This document shows positions 22,201 through 32,592 of a stretch of 64,000 bases of DNA, one piece after another. Source of the DNA: Catajapyx aquilonaris (lineage: Eukaryota); contig JYFJ02001930.1 in assembly GCA_000934665.2 (NCBI GenBank), positions 1 to 64,000 of the forward strand, written 5' to 3'. The notes under the pieces were generated by a model, which saw nothing but the letters and a program-made list of their open reading frames with translations, made no database searches and was not told the DNA's origin. Both the position numbers and the translations under genes were made by a program. The stretch's first letter is position 1; each line of letters opens with the position of its first letter.

Positions 22201-24955
22201 ATTGCGGGTTGGGTGGGTATCAAGATACTGGTTCGGCCGTATCTGTGTAGTAAGATGTATAAGCGTAAGGGTATATGGTGACCAGACTTTGGGCGTGTAT
22301 CCGCTGAAGATAGGGCTGTATCCGCTGAAGATAGGGCTGTATCCGTAATTTCGGAGGTTAGGTTAGGTTAGGTTGGTACATAGAAAAAGGGCCCTGTTTC
22401 CGTTGAAGATAGGCATGTATCTGCTGAAGATAGGGCTGTATCCGCAATTTAGGAGGTTAGGTTAGCCCTTTTTCTATGTACCAACCTAACCTAACCTCCG
22501 AAATTGCGGATACAGCCCTATCTTCAGCGGATACATGCCTATAATCAGCGGAAACAGGGCCCTTTTTCTATGTACCAACCTAACCTAACCTCCGAAATTG
22601 CGGATACAGCCCTATCTTCAGCGGATACACCCCTATCCTCTGCGGATACACGCCAAAAAGAGTATATAAAAGTCTGCTTATTAAGCACGGAGAGGGTATC
22701 GAGTATCGACAGGTGCAACCATTGGTATCAACTCAGGCCGACCCGAGGAGCCCTATAAAATATGGCGCCGCGAGGAGTAATGGAATGTGTGGCCGTTGTG
22801 TTGATATGTTTGTAACTTCGGTTCTACACGGGTGTTTGCACTGAAATAGCTCTTCCGCGCCTCGGAAGAGGCAGCCCTAGGTATCTAGACACTTAGTTGA
22901 ATAGTGGGTATCACGAGAATGGCTGTAGGTCATAGCCCTCTAAACTGAACAATTACCCAGAGGGGTAAGCAGTGACAGGTGGTGTCAAAAAAAAAATTCC
23001 AGGTGTCACTGGTTGATTACCCTTGCCTGGCCTGGGTGTGGTGTACCTGTCAGACGACCGTCACCTTTCCGGAATTTCTTATATCACTTGTAGGAATGTA
23101 TCTTTAACACACATGGCAGATGAAGTTTGTCTGCACTCATTGATCCATTTTGTTAGGTGTCCCTTCTATGTACAAAACCAAAGAACAATTCTCTTCCCAT
23201 TCTTGGTGCATGTCTGATTGGTTTTGCCATCTTAAAACAATTGCCTTACAACTCACAATTCACCAATCAACAACCAGGTATGTGTACCCAGCAAGTCATC
23301 AAACATCCAGGGTGCATTCCAAACCGCACTTTGAGAAAACAACACAAGGCACTTTTATCTCTTTCATTTGATCCACCCTGCTACATGCCATCACTCTCGA
23401 GCTGATTGACAGACCCATTTATAACAAGCACACCAGGTAAAATCAGTTCACCTCCCCTATGCGGCTGATCCCACCTTGGCAATAAACCACCTGTCACGTC
23501 CACTTGATCACAAAACCGTGGAAAAATAACGCCACATGCACAATCATAGGGTTCACTGCACCTGATACGTAACTAGGCCCAGCTCCTGCATCCAATTAAT
23601 CCACAGGCATGGCGGAAGAGGTACTGATGGGTCGTTATCGGTTACCTGCTACTCAATAACTGTTATCAGAAAGTAACATATGAGCCGTGGACTTCAGTAG
23701 CAGTTAACCGTCACCTCCCCATCGTACCCTTCGGGCCGGGCGCAGACACATCCTATCAGCTATTTCACTCACAGTGACAGCTCACTGCTACGCGTTTTAA
23801 GGCTTCTGACATGCGCAATGCTCAAAATTCAACTGGGTGAACTGGGGGGAAGGAGGGGCAGTGGAGGCAGTGGAACTTAGGTGTCAAACGGGTGGCAAAG
23901 TTCTACTAAATTCATTCCGAATTACCTCTTTAAACAATGTAATTCGGCTAATTTTATTTAAATTGTACTCGCTGAAAACAGGAAATACGGCTGTAAATTA
24001 TGAGCATGCCTACTTGTACTCTTTCGCACGGTTGCTTGCTTGCACAGGCTACGCAGATTTCCTACTTTTGTCATCCACAACCTGTCCACAACCAACAACT
24101 ATTCGTGAAAACTTGCCGAGTTCAGTCACTTCTCTACACACCACGATGTGGCAACGTCGCAACCTCCACTAGGAACGACGAAAAGGAATACCGGCCTGGC
24201 CCCTAGCGGCCGGGAACAGTTTTTAATATGAAGATACTGTAGTGTGTAGTCCCTGTGGAAACTGTCAACCCTATACCCTCCTCATACCTGAGATTGCCCA
24301 GGGGCGGACACCCCTTTAATGCTATTGCCACTACGGAAGTGTGGCGCCAACACAAACCAAGTAATCAATCTGCTACACAACTAACTGCTACGCTAAGAAC
24401 AGCCCGTGCGGTGTTGGCACCGGTTGGCACCACTGAAGGAACATCCCGCCGTGACAAGCTGCATGCCCCAATAACTATAGCCTATCTTGCCTAAGTAATA
24501 GCGACGAATAATAGTGATGACATAACAGATAAATCACATGAATGGCATTAACAGTTATAACAGGTGGATGCAAATAACTATTAGGCTCGTAATCGGAAGA
24601 TGAAGGGAAGGTGTCGGGTGGAGTTGGGGGCAAAGCACGGGTGGGCGGGTGGGTGAAATCAGGGGGCCTCCTTGGGGGGGGTAACCGCCATTAAAATATA
24701 ACGACTCCTCCCACCTTCCACAAATCCTTCCCCCCCACCCCCCCATACCCCCGTCCCGTGCCCCCATCTCACCCAAGTCACCCCTCCCGGCTCAACCCGC
24801 TTCTCCCGCAGCTTTCCCCCATGCCGCCATATTGCCTTATTTAAGCCCTGAAAAAATTCCTTATTTCCCCCCACCACCGGGTGCCGGGTGCTTACCGGCT
24901 CAGACGAAGTCCGGCAGGGAAGCCCTACGTCAGGGGCCGGCGGAGCAGCATCCAT
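174..24955 (-). CDS. DEK: DEK chromatin-associated protein, whole gene model (9 coding exons, ~755 aa)
   Basis: complement(join(174..185,265..417,9660..10129,10243..10397,10641..10795,10860..11029,12001..12171,15849..16770,24896..24955)); all introns GT-AG with matching phases; encodes DEK pseudo-SAP/SAP region and C-terminal DEK_C domain. Confidence 0.9.
265..417 (-). CDS. DEK: DEK exon 8 (DEK_C domain: NADIRGFIKKILKGANLEEITMKTVCKQVYAEFPDHDLSDRKDFIKETVKS)
   Basis: Translated by hand (absent from ORF track); strong match to the DEK_C motif ANLEE(V/I)TMKxxCKxVY; acceptor AAATAG|, donor TCG|GTGAGT. Confidence 0.95.
3228..3774. mobile_element. pogo/Tigger-like MITE, right TIR interrupted
   Basis: TA|CAGTAGAACCCCGATTATCC ... 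GGATAATTGGGGTTCTAC[insert]...CTG|TA. Confidence 0.75.
3526..3764. mobile_element. hAT-like palindromic MITE nested in the TIR of the previous element
   Basis: TIRs CAGCTCCCTGTCACT / AGTGTCAGAGAGCTG; 8-bp TSD GGTTCTAC / GGTTCCAC; internal inverted repeat 3573-3733. Confidence 0.75.
4239..5917. mobile_element. ~1.7 kb foldback (giant palindromic) element in DEK intron 7
   Basis: Left arm 4239-4966 is the reverse complement of right arm 4976-5917 (ends ACTATGGCGGCCAAATGTATTGTCCG / CGGACAATACATTTGGCTGCCATAGT); ~10 bp spacer; right arm interrupted at 5176-5419. Confidence 0.9.
5176..5419. mobile_element. Mutator-like MITE with CCTAA repeats nested in the foldback element
   Basis: 9-bp TSD CCAATCGGA (5167-5175, 5420-5428); subterminal IR CTTGCTCTTACCGGCGTGCGGGA / TCCCGCACGCCAGTAAGAGCAAG. 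Confidence 0.75.
6378..6658 (+). mobile_element. tRNA-derived SINE, family A
   Basis: A box TGGCATAGTGG, B box GGTTCGAATCC, (TTA)n tail, TSD AATAGTCA(C/G)GGGAA; close copy at 43823. Confidence 0.9.
7280..7433 (-). mobile_element. Partial SINE family A-related copy
   Basis: Reverse complement carries GCTAATCGGGAGGTCCTGGGTTCGAGTC and the CAGCCGCCCCTTCC body similar to family A. Confidence 0.75.
9660..10129 (-). CDS. DEK: DEK exon 7 (Ser/acidic/basic low-complexity linker with poly-E)
   Basis: ORF 9648..10145; acceptor CCTTTCAG|, donor AGT|GTGAGT, phase 1-0. Confidence 0.9.
10243..10397 (-). CDS. DEK: DEK exon 6 (SAP domain: VSELRTVCDLLGLEKSGAKEKVVHRVLDFL)
   Basis: SAP consensus; acceptor GATTCAG|, donor AAG|GTGAGT. 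Confidence 0.93.
10641..10795 (-). CDS. DEK: DEK exon 5 (pseudo-SAP: YKLIFGRIGKRTEVKKNLRLFHGFSF)
   Basis: Matches the DEK KKNxxxFxGF motif; acceptor CTCACAG|, donor GG|GTGAAT. Confidence 0.92.
10860..11029 (-). CDS. DEK: DEK exon 4 (PMLDLPLTVSGRRPRKQTQRY...IPSGRGVNLGDLAYIDTQLQ)
   Basis: DEK-like motif; acceptor TGTCCAG| (other phase-1 AGs nearby are possible), donor CAG|GTACTT. Confidence 0.85.
11435..11717. mobile_element. Palindromic MITE (TA-type) in DEK intron 3
   Basis: CAGTGCTGGATATTAATTCC ... GGAATTAATGTCCAGCACTG|TA; arms complementary over ~130 bp. Confidence 0.85.
12001..12171 (-). CDS. DEK: DEK exon 3 (GGGRPVRGRGARTK...EPDAK)
   Basis: Acceptor TATTTCAG|, donor AGG|GTAAGT, phase 1-1, basic/acidic peptide. 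Confidence 0.85.
12433..13609. mobile_element. Non-autonomous DNA transposon with ~90-bp TIRs, hosting a SINE
   Basis: TA|CAGGGCTCAGAAATTTAACCTACCGTCGC...GTTCTAGGTGATCACTTTGAGTATATGCAACATG versus CATGTTGCATATACTCAAAGTGATCGCCTAGAAC...GCGACGGTAGATTAAATTTCCGAACCCTG|TA. Confidence 0.85.
12918..13226 (+). mobile_element. tRNA-derived SINE, family B (V-SINE-like core)
   Basis: A box TGGCCGAGTGG, B box GAGTTCGATCC, core CTCCGTGTTCGCGTGGGTTTTCTC...GTTTCCTCCCAC, (TTA)n tail, perfect 15-bp TSD AGTTGCCCCCAAACC. Confidence 0.92.
14434..14977. mobile_element. pogo/Tigger-like MITE
   Basis: TA|CAGTAAAACTTCTATAAGTC ... GACTTATAGAAGTTTTACTG|TA; internal repeats of CTAACTCGAA / CTATAACTCGAA. Confidence 0.88.
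15849..16770 (-). CDS. DEK: DEK exon 2, large low-complexity K/E/D/S-rich N-terminal region
   Basis: Open ORF 15823..16761; acceptor TTTAAG| before 16770, donor TG|GTAAGA after 15849 (phase 1). Confidence 0.82.
17311..17838. mobile_element. PIF/Harbinger-like MITE
   Basis: TAA TSD; ~34-bp TIRs AGGCGGGTTCACACTAGCTGACGGGAGCATACGAAA / TTTCGTATGCTCCCGTCAGCTAGTGTGAACCCCCCT; CpG-rich interior. Confidence 0.88.
17944..18236 (+). mobile_element. tRNA-derived SINE, family C
   Basis: A box TGGTCTGGCGG, B box GGTTCAAATCC, A-rich tail, TSD TACTAACTG. Confidence 0.8.
18527..19613. mobile_element. TA-type non-autonomous DNA transposon with a nested palindrome at ~19040-19206
   Basis: 21-bp perfect IR GGGAGATCGGGGTCGGTTGTA / TACAACCGACCCCGATCTCCC; inner IR GGGAAAAAGAGCACAAGTCAA / TTGACTTGTGCTCTTTTTCCC. 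Confidence 0.8.
21908..22957. mobile_element. Long-TIR non-autonomous DNA transposon (Merlin- or MULE-like)
   Basis: ~145-bp near-perfect TIRs starting GGTAATTGTTCAGTTTAGAGGGC; 8-bp TSD CAGTGGGG / CAGAGGGG. Confidence 0.85.
22287..22660. repeat. Nested palindromic element with 21-bp repeats and (GGTTA)n/(TAACC)n tracts
   Basis: Repeated TGTATCCGCTGAAGATAGGGC units and GGTTAGGTTAGGTTAGG on the left, mirrored on the right. Confidence 0.85.
24896..24955 (-). CDS. DEK: DEK exon 1 (MDAAPPAPDVGLPCRTSSEP)
   Basis: ATG at 24955, donor CCG|GTAAGC after 24896, phase 0; joins in frame to acceptor at 16770 (VTD-MSCAD...); directly downstream of promoter-like region. Confidence 0.72.
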
Positions 24956-25039
24956 ATTAGAAGCGGCGGCACGTTGGAGAAAAGCTAAGGTGCAAGCAAT
25001 CCACTCGGCTCAGACTCCAACACGCGACTGACTGTCGGC

Positions 25040-25420
25040 GGGGCAAGATTCAAGATGGCGTGATGATTCTGGCGGGAAGGGGGGAGGGGATCATTCTGGC
25101 GGGGGGGGAATGATCGGAGGGGCAAGGATGATCAAAGCTGGGGATAGAGCGGAGGGGAAGCCATATTGGAGTGCTGATCCAATCAACGAGGGGAATTCAT
25201 ATGGGATTGAATGGTGATTGGGTTGTGTTGTAACATGGCGAGTAACGTAGGTGCTTCAGTGGGATGATTATGCGCAGTTGAATGGTTGGTGTGATTGGTC
25301 GAGAATTATGCAGGTGGCCAATCGTGAGGTGGGGATACTGTTGGCGCGCGGTTACTTGTAAATGCGCGTAGTGACCGGAAAAATGTCCGGAAGCGGAAAA
25401 TTTTGGAAGGCGTAGGAATG
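25040..25420 (-). promoter_or_regulatory. Putative DEK promoter (GC-rich)
   Basis: YY1-type CAAGATGGCG at 25051-25060; five CCAAT/ATTGG boxes (25165, 25179, 25217, 25294, 25318); E2F-like TGGCGGGAA (~25070) and TTGGCGCGC (25341); ETS-like CCGGAA(G) (25375, 25387); ~100 bp upstream of exon 1 ATG. Confidence 0.7.
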
Positions 25421-26842
25421 TTCGAATCACACCCGAGCTAACGAAAATAGGGCAGTCGGCTTTTTTTGTGGTTGTTGTCCTTAGTTCCCACAAATACAAT
25501 GAAACAATAAGGATGCGATATCGCACGTTGTCGTATGATTTTATAAGGCCTATACATCGGCTTCGTAAGTCCCTGAAGGAGTGCTATGTTTAAAAAAAAA
25601 ATATTGATCACCTGGTATACTACAGGTGCTCTTAGTAAAGGCATTTGCGCTTTCAGGGAAGAAATCAGAATCATCTGCCATGACTGCTGAGAACATGCAT
25701 TTGTTTAACCCTGAAGAATTGGCATCGAGTTTTAGCTGCTCGGGGTAAAGATGTAATTCGTTCTTCTGACAAATAACTGAAGTTTCATTTAGGAACAATG
25801 ACGATGCATCATCATTCATAAATCATAAGCACGGTCTCCTATTTCTTCCGCCTTGAAAAGTATAGCCTACGTTCGTGCTATATAGTTACAAAAACCTCCT
25901 CCATCACACACATCAACACATGCACTGAATATGAATATACAGTATAGCAGCATACCGGTACCGGTATATTATACAGTATACAGACCAAGAGTTAGTCAAC
26001 AGCTCAGAATGTAAGATGATTTTACTGCCGGTCCATATCAATATTCCAAGGCGGTGTTACCATTGGCAACATCTTGTCAAAATTTCAGCCCCACAGCCCA
26101 GTCTGTGAGAAGTCGATGTTTCGCTCTGAAATGTGCTGCTTTGCTGCTCTCCATCTGCACAGGTAGCGTAACCAGGGACAACGGTTAGTCAACCCAGAAG
26201 ATGAGAGAGCTTTTATGTCCCCGTTGTGTCCCCGTTCGTTCCCGCGCAGAGGCGGCGTAACCAAGGACAACTCATCCCATACAGTGCCAGTCTATTCATT
26301 TGTAATCCTTACCCCCGACCTTCTTTCATCTGCAGGCGTATCTGACCAGTGCTCCAGATTTTCTGTACAGCCATATTATTGAGATAACGAGAAAGAAAGG
26401 CATTCTTGCTGTATCACCCCTTATTTCGGGGACAAGACGTGATGTAGGCCCTATTGTATGTAGGCTAATGAATAAACAATAAACTGTATATAGTCTTCGG
26501 GAACAACTCACCGTGTCAAGCTTTTTCAAGTACTAAGTTATATTATAGCCTACCAGCAATAAGAAGAAAATACAGGTGATGTAACAGCCTTTTAGACATG
26601 CTGGGTCAAATAGTTGACCTTGGTTTCCAGGCATGAATCGAACTCTGTATATTTGAGACTAAACCTGAGTGAGGCAGTTCAGACCATGTTCAGACGAAGG
26701 CGGCCAAGATGTGCAGAAAGTTTAAAAGGCGATTCTTTTTACGTAAAGGTCAAAATCATTCCTTTTCTGTTCTTTGGCAAGGAGATGGCAGAAGAAATTT
26801 ACGGATTTAAAAAAAATTTATACAGGGCCTGTGCATGTGAGC

Positions 26843-27330
26843 TAATTTGGCACTCTGAGGTCCGATTTCGATGCCCGGATCGGACAAAGGATAGGCCCTA
26901 CTTACGTGGATAGAGATCCTCTCACAATCAAAATCCATCCCTGCACAGGCAATAATTATTAAGGACGGTCCTTTAAAAAATGAGCCCCTAATACAGTGCT
27001 TCCCAAACTATGGGTCGCGAACTTAATATTTGGGGTCGCTAGGGGAGGGTAACAAATTATTTTCACAAAATGATGATATCGCTCTTGAAATATTATGACC
27101 ATAGTAAGGTACAGAACAATTATTGCAGACACTCAACAATAGTTATCAATGATTTTCATTTCACTGTTTACCTATTTTTTTCATGTTGAAGGATCAAAAT
27201 GTAGGCTATATAAACACATCTTGCGGGTCGCTAATTTTACGAGACGATTTTTTGGGGTCGCCGACGAAAAAGATTGAGAAGCACTGCCCTAAAAGGCCCA
27301 AGGAGGAATATCACGGAGTATCCATTATGT
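26843..27330 (+). mobile_element. Degenerate SINE family B copy split by a hAT MITE
   Basis: GGATCGGAC...TACTTACGTGGATAGAG...ATCAAAATCCATC upstream; tail CCCTAAAAGGCCCAAGG...ATCACGGAGTATCCATTAT resumes at 27287. Confidence 0.7.
26994..27286. mobile_element. hAT (Charlie/Buster-like) MITE
   Basis: TIRs CAGTGCTTCCCAA / TTGAGAAGCACTG; 8-bp TSD CCCTAATA / CCCTAAAA; GGGTCGC subterminal repeats. Confidence 0.85.
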
Positions 27331-27434
27331 TTGCATTTCTATGGATATACTATATATTCCCGATTTTCCGTGTGCGGATTATCCGTGCATCACCAAAAAA
27401 GGTAAGAAAATAAAAGTCCGAAAGAATGTCAATA

Positions 27435-27642
27435 TAGGGTGGTCCAACATCAAGTGTCGTTTTATAACGGCTATTAATAGAAGCGCTTTACGATTGACGT
27501 AGCAGCGACGTGTAAAATTGCCCACTTCGATGGCGCCGAAGATGCGCCGAAGTGGGACATTTTACGCGTCGCTGCTACGTCATCGCAAAATCACTGCTAT
27601 TAATCGCCGTTATAAAACGACACTTGATGTTGGACCACCCTG
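27435..27642. mobile_element. Tc1/mariner-type palindromic MITE inside an older GATTATCCG-type element (~27350-27915)
   Basis: TA|TAGGGTGGTCCAACATCAAGTGTCGTTTTATAACGGC ... GCCGTTATAAAACGACACTTGATGTTGGACCACCCTG|TA. Confidence 0.85.
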
Positions 27643-28454
27643 TAAGTCTCTCAGATAAATAGGGCCTACGAATTAATAGACTTTTTCCAGAAGACAAATT
27701 AAAAATCTTAGGAATTTTCATTTTGATTTTGAGATTAAACCTTACATAATATAATAACGCAGCATGCAGTATAATATATTATATGTACAGTAATTCATGA
27801 CAAACCTGTGAATAGCTCATTTATTACGATGTCTAGGACCATATTCCGATCATCCGTGGTTTCCGATTATCCGGCAACACCCGTGCATCATTAGCCCGGA
27901 TAATCGGGAGTAGCCTACAGTCTATTACTCCCTTATGACAAGATAATTATAATTAGGATGACATGATGCCTTCAGTAGGCCTAAATGAAAATGACCCTCA
28001 CTTTATTATTCGTCCCCAGTGCTTCCTCATATTTGGAAATAAATTGCCATAAGACGATAAGAGGAGAGCCGAGGCCTATTTGAGCAAGTCTGTCTCCCAA
28101 AGCCAAATCAATAACTGATCATTGAGACATAATTATGGCATTATTCAAGAGCTACTTATATAGTATATGTAAGATGGATAATAGCCGTTGATATCCTGTG
28201 ATGGAGAGTAGGCCCACAATATATTATTGTAGTCCTCTCCATCACAGGCCTGCAAGTTTCATTTTCTGCTGCCATCATAAATTCAGAAAATGCAAAGTCC
28301 ATCAAAACATGCTGTGCCCAAGGACTCCTAACATAGGAAAGTGAAAACAATAGTCATGCTGAAATATTTCTTCTAGGCTATGAACTATTTTTCCCCAGCT
28401 CAAAGATAGCCTACTACCACCTACTACTATAGTAAGTATCTTTGCCACGTCTAT

Positions 28455-29338
28455 TCCCGCTATACCTGCCATCGCCTAGTTTTCCACTTAGGAGTACTCT
28501 GAAGATACAGACAAGCTATTTACACAGAATAACAGCTATACTTACCCCATCAGGGAAAACACTATGCATGTGTCTGGAACCATTTTCCTCGTCTTGAAGT
28601 CCCTAAATTAATTTCCAAATATATCGAAATTCGAGTATTTTTCCAGCCAACTACTTGGCTGATTTAATTATGAAATACGTTAAAATTGAGAATAGTGCCA
28701 GACAGATTTGCTGCAACTGTCGTAGGCCTATACTTTTCGAGAAATAAATTCTTTTTTATCTGCGGCTTTCCTGTTACTTCGGAAATCTCCCCAATTCATT
28801 TATTTCTCGCGAAGTACGACGATTTCAGCAGCTTCGTCTGGCATGGTTCTCAAGATTAATATTCCAGATATTTCAATGTATTTCATAATTAAATCAGCTT
28901 AACAGTTGGCCGGAAGTTCTCGAATGTCGAGTTTTTTTTACAGCTACCTTCTTGGAAATTAATTTCTACAGCGGAGGAAAATTGTTCCAAACACATTCAT
29001 AGCATTTTCAATGAACATGTAAGTATAGCTGCTATTATTTTGTAAAATATAATATTGTCCTTATCTTCTGAGTACGTGTAAGGGAAAATCTAGGTGATGG
29101 CGTAACGGTTGGCCAGTAGTACTTGAATTTAAAGTTATTACTTTTGAAAATTAATTTAGGGACTTCTAGATGAGGAAACTGGTTCCAAACACATACCCAT
29201 ACATATCGTATTCATGAACATGTAAGTATAGCTGTTATTATTGGTAAAATATATTATTTTTTATCTTCAGAGTACATGTAAGTTTAACAGAAATGAAAAT
29301 CTAGTCGATGGTGGTATAGCTGGGGTTGAAAGGGTTAA
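28455..29338. mobile_element. Old palindromic element with duplicated right arm and a piggyBac-like right end
   Basis: 28455-28750 is an imperfect reverse complement of 28797-29101; 29148-29325 repeats part of the right arm; ends AAGGG|TTAA. Confidence 0.6.
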
Positions 29339-29513
29339 AACCTCCAGAAATAAAAAGTTTAAAATAAAATCCTAGTAGTGATAACCTGAAATGACTGTCA
29401 TTTCATTTTCCTGTGTTTCTAACAAGTCATACTTGGCTGGCATGCCTCCGTATCATCTGAAACCCCTTTCCATGGAAAAACATTCATGTTGCAGACCAGA
29501 CCAAATATTTGTA

Positions 29514-29519
29514 TTTATT
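29514..29519 (-). terminator. Candidate polyadenylation signal (AATAAA) of the RNF144-like 3'UTR
   Basis: TTTATT on + strand at the end of a ~1.8 kb stretch without recognisable TEs after the stop; another candidate near 29744. Confidence 0.35.
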
Positions 29520-31314
29520 GCGACCAACAATACAAGAAATGTATCTTTATGTACATTGCTTAGGATGTAATATTATACACAAGAACAACCTGCCATTCCA
29601 CATGTACTGTCACGTGGGACATCTTTTCCACCTTCTGTAGCCCAACAATCTAACTGTACAAGGAAGATATAATCAGAAATACAGTACAAGTTTATTTAAA
29701 ACAAGCATAAACTGTTTCTTTTTGTATTATTTGAAATGTGTGCTTTTATTAGCAGGATTGTTGCAATCTGATTTTTGGAATCATAACAATCTTTGGTTCC
29801 TCTTTAATGAATATTCCCTTTATCATTGTTAGGAATATGTGGGAGATCAGTAGTTTGCAATTAACCATGCCAGCCCTGTTGGTCCCATGGCCAGACAATG
29901 GTAGGCAGTAATTCCAGGCTGCAGCCTGTAGAATTGGCCAATTGGGCCCAATTGACCTATTTTGACAAGGCTCAGTATATTCAATTGCAAATTGATAATC
30001 TCCCATTTATATTAACCCCAGCACCCTGTAATCACTTCTTCCTTCTCTATCTGGTTTGCAATAATGCAGCCAACAGCACCTTGTCTCATGGCTGTTTGGG
30101 ACAGCTTTCCAGAGAACATTGATGAAACACTACATCTCATAACTCTACTTTCGAGATGTGATTGCTGTGCGCAAGATAAAATTTCATCAATCAATTTTGG
30201 TTTGAAGCAGAACCGAGTCTTGTTGCCCTTGAACTTCACAACTTGCGAACCACCTTAAATTCAAAAATGTTTGTCCAACCTACAAATAATCAGTCTTGGC
30301 ATTGTCTGAACAAAAAAGCGTCTGCTACAATACTGAATTTCAATCCACTTTGTGCAGGGTTTTTTTTTCTCTTTCATACACTACAACTACTGACAGGTAA
30401 AGTTTCTGAGTACTTTCTTTGTTACTGAGCATTTTATGATCCAAAGCAACAACGCTCAATGAACTGCTTTGAGCTTCACTGTGCCCATACATGTAAAAGA
30501 AAAAGTTCTTAGCATATTTTTCCATTTTCCTTTGAAACTTACGTATGATATGAAATTGACCTGTTCTGTATTTCCCATGGTGCCAACATGGTGCAGGCGC
30601 AATTTTGAAGTTTTCAATGCAGCCGAGGGTTGTACTCATGCTGGCTTTTCCACAGGAAATGACAATGTCACTATGAACTATTTCTAAAATAAAAAAATAA
30701 TTGACCAGCACTACAGTGGGCGGGCAATGAAATTGGTGTCGCAATGAATACGAAAATGAGCTGTGAGACTTGTGCATATGGTGCCCTTGATTAGTCTGAA
30801 ATCCTGGTACCATTGCAAATTTCTGGAACCCAAACTGGGTCCCATGATTTCCCAGGGAATTCAAAATGGCTGGGAAGAGAAGAAATAACGTTTTTAAATC
30901 TCAGAATACTACATCTTTTGGGCTTTGATCATGAAACCCAGTAAGGAGTCAAGAATGGAATGTTTCAGTGCTTGTTAAAAAGTCTATAGAGCATAAACTC
31001 AACATGGAGCTGGAAACAGAACAAAAAATGCCTTTCAACCACATTACTACTTGTTGGCAAAACTGGAGATCATGCTACGAAGTGCTGATTTTTAATCTGC
31101 TTTGTCCTTGCTGCTCTAGCATAGGACATGAAGGCATTCACTTTTCCAAAATTATTCGAAGCTTTTATGATATGACTTTTTTTAAACTGTTTTACGCTAC
31201 CAGCGTATCCACTGTTAAGCCAACCTACACTTTTGTGCAGCATGTACACTGGCAAAAACTTGAGGCAAAATAAGAGGAAAGATTTGCAAATGTCTGTGAG
31301 GTGAATGGGACGAC

Positions 31315-31578
31315 TCAAGAGGCTGAGATAGCCTGCTGGGATTGTTGCGAGGCAATCGACTCCTCCAGTTCTTCATCAAGCTTGGAGCAAATCTTGCAAC
31401 GACAGCACAGGATGCAGGGAGCAGCAAGCAGCAGCAGTGGGGAGGCGACCAGGAGCAGCAGTCCAAATCCAGCAAATATACCCACCACTTGGGTACGGTG
31501 CCATAATACGGAAGCACGTGAATGTCCCAACTTGTTCTTGCAAGGGCCTTTGTCATAATGCCGGAGGAGAAAGTCGTC
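31315..31578 (-). CDS. RNF144A: RNF144-like last exon ([39 protein letters not shown]... TM helix)
   Basis: Highly conserved RNF144 C-terminal sequence; acceptor CATTTCAG|; TGA at 31315. Confidence 0.96.
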   Translation of the reverse strand, partial: DDFLLRHYDKGPCKNKLGHSRASVLWHRTQVVGIFAGFGLLLLVASPLLLLAAPCILCCRCKICSKLDEELEESIASQQSQQAISAS

Positions 31579-31771
31579 CTGAAATGTTTTGGTTGGATTA
31601 GCTTCGTGAATGATAACACAACCTGTGAAATAAAACTTCTTAAAACTTATATTGCACAACACAATTGAATCCGGATATAAGAGACTTCAAGGGATCAAGG
31701 AAATCAGTATGTTATAGCCAAATCGCCACTTTTGCAACAAACACACAAGTTTTCTGCTTTCACATGCTTAT

Positions 31772-31806
<35 letters not shown>

Positions 31807-32542
31807 GGTGAAACCTGCCCATAACGGACCCTGGGTATAGCAGAAACCTGTCCATTGCAGAATTTTTTCCGGGAACGGGCACATGCATAGGGCATGCAAT
31901 GTATTTTTGACGGATATAACGGAACCTGCCCAACACGGAAACGGAAGGGATTTTTGTCTCCCTTCAAAGAAAATCCCTCTTCATAACGGAAATCAAAAGG
32001 CTCACATTATCTCCTAATACTCCTATGGGTCACAAAAAATAGAAACTACAGCTGAGTTCCCTATCAGCCCTCCCAGGAGGCCTCTGAGTAACCCATTTTG
32101 GACCACCTGTGTCTTATAATTGGTACCATGGCCTTGAAGGTAAAGGGTGAGGAAAGGGGGCTATTTTTGGTTGGGAAACTCGAAAAACCTCTTGTGGGAC
32201 AGGTCAAGAATTTGTGACTCATGTGATTCGTAGGTGCCTTTTAGTTCACAGTTCAGTCCAGTTTTAAAATGTCTGGGAAGAGGAAGGGGATTGACACGGG
32301 TTCAACATATTGCCCGAGTCTGGGCTGGTGGTCCAATGGAGCAGGCAAAATTATGATTTTGCACCATATTGAGGTATTAAGGTGCTTATTTTTGCTCTCC
32401 CCATTTTCCTCTCTTTCTCGCAGGCAAAAAAAATTAGTAATGTCCTCGATCTGGTTATAGCGGAAACCTGTCCATAACGGATAAATTTTGGGGTCCCGTG
32501 CAATTCCGCTATACACAGGTATCACTGTAATAATAATAATAA

Positions 32543-32592
<50 letters not shown>

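Noticed and set aside
22366..22600. True telomere or chromosome-fusion site
   Set aside because: Only 2-4 TTAGG units per tract, embedded in a TE palindrome within a gene intron
22295..22652. CRISPR-like array of 21-bp repeats
   Set aside because: Repeats are adjacent or mirrored with no unique spacers, no cas genes, and the context is eukaryotic
30340..30864. 174-aa minus-strand ORF
   Set aside because: Lies in the presumed RNF144-like 3'UTR, non-ATG start, no recognisable features
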